Below are positions 63,508 through 64,000 of a stretch of 64,000 nucleotides of DNA, in pieces. How positions within the stretch are numbered: the first letter of the stretch is position 1; each line of letters opens with the position of its first letter. The notes under the pieces are model-generated. The model did not search any database and was not told the origin of the DNA. It saw only the letters and a program-made list of their open reading frames with translations. The position numbers were made by a program, and so were the translations under genes. Source of the DNA: Fidelibacterota bacterium (GTDB taxonomy: Bacteria > Fidelibacterota > Marinisomatia > Marinisomatales > Marinisomataceae); contig JADHQL010000002.1 in assembly GCA_016777965.1 (NCBI GenBank), forward strand, positions 50,642 through 114,641. The letters run 5' to 3'.

Positions 63508-64000
63508 AATATTCTCACTTTGCATTGCACTAGCGTGCTTTGTATTAGCATATAAGTTTTATCCTTCTTCAAACATCCCAGAAGGGATGTTTGAAGATCC
63601 TAATACTGGAAAGCCAATGCTGCTTGGCGAAGTCTTAATTGATGAATTAAAACAAGAACCTTTCGCAGAATGGTACAATGATGAATTTGATAATTATGAA
63701 CTTGATGTTGAGCTTCTAAACGCCATATCAGAACCAAATCAATATAACTATGAGCTTTTTTTAGGAACATGGTGCGGTGATAGCAGAAGAGAAGTGCCAA
63801 GATTAGAAAAAATTTTCATTGAGCTTGGAATTGATTTTAACCAAATAACTATTATCGCAGTTGATAGAGAAAAAGTTAGTCCTAGTAATGAGCAAGAAGG
63901 TAAAGATATTCGATATGTTCCCACTCTCATAGTTAAAAGTAACGATGTTGAAATTGGAAGAATTGTTGAATCTCCTTCATCTGAATCTGCTACACTAGAA
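63491..64000 (+). CDS. thioredoxin-like protein with CxxS motif (WCGDS); 3' end runs off the window
   Basis: Absent from the ORF track. Hand translation from ATG 63491 gives MNSTNKIFSLCIALACFVLAY... ...YELFLGTWCGDSRREVPRLEKIF... ...RYVPTLIV. 17-nt overlap with the CPBP gene. Confidence 0.75.
   Translation, partial: MNSTNKIFSLCIALACFVLAYKFYPSSNIPEGMFEDPNTGKPMLLGEVLIDELKQEPFAEWYNDEFDNYELDVELLNAISEPNQYNYELFLGTWCGDSRREVPRLEKIFIELGIDFNQITIIAVDREKVSPSNEQEGKDIRYVPTLIVKSNDVEIGRIVESPSSESATLE

Noticed and set aside
1-64000. Scan for CRISPR arrays, rRNA operons, IS elements/transposases and long DNA-level direct or inverted repeats
   Set aside because: None was seen by eye. Intergenic space is minimal. 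The only repeats found are protein-level (the 14894-15367 modules and the 16348-18275 paralogs). A computational repeat search would be needed to exclude short dispersed repeats.

Overview
The window is AT-rich, very gene-dense and almost entirely plus-strand. It looks like core chromosome from a streamlined bacterium, and many adjacent genes share ATGA or TAATG stop/start overlaps. Several genes suggest an FCB-group or Marinimicrobia-like marine lineage, though this is inference only: a GWxTD protein, a PorV/UPF0164-like barrel, BamD, a short GT5 'glycogen synthase-like' gene, and a TatT-type TRAP transporter. Recognisable content, in order:
- A thioredoxin-fold gene truncated at each window edge.
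- A small detox/hydrolase group: YbjQ, ABM, Ogt, an alpha/beta hydrolase and a penicillin-acylase-family protein.
- A 10-gene aromatic amino-acid operon: chorismate mutase, class II DAHP synthase, aroA/E/C/K/B/Q, prephenate dehydratase and prephenate dehydrogenase.
- Envelope proteins of unknown function.
- tal, then tRNA-Ala, then two tandem paralogous exported NTF2-like proteins.
- A cyclophilin, an AGXT-type aminotransferase, a patatin and pepF.
- tRNA-Gly with an abutting integrase N-terminal relic.
- smpB, tyrS, trxA and trxB.
- A cluster of a degenerate ABC ATPase, a beta-propeller protein and a GWxTD protein.
- rnhA-like, then mreBCD-mrdA-rodA.
- An uncharacterised envelope cluster, then glyA.
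- A TatT/TRAP (TPAT) transporter followed by a PorV/UPF0164-like outer-membrane barrel.
- bamD, nadD, a CaCA antiporter, ftsEX, grpE and dnaJ.
- Two unknown membrane proteins, then rsmD, coaD, icd, obg and tRNA-Ser.
- A small accessory-looking tail: an amidase, an HTH regulator, a MORN protein and a CPBP protease.

I saw no CRISPR array, rRNA, transposase or obvious defence system. The most interesting signal is below the ORF-track cutoff. It is a 19-codon Phe/Tyr-rich leader ORF (MRKFYNYYFYFISRGTVDA) with terminator and antiterminator pairings, directly upstream of the aromatic operon. This is a candidate ribosome-mediated attenuator. All calls come from reading motifs by eye; no searches or folding programs were run.
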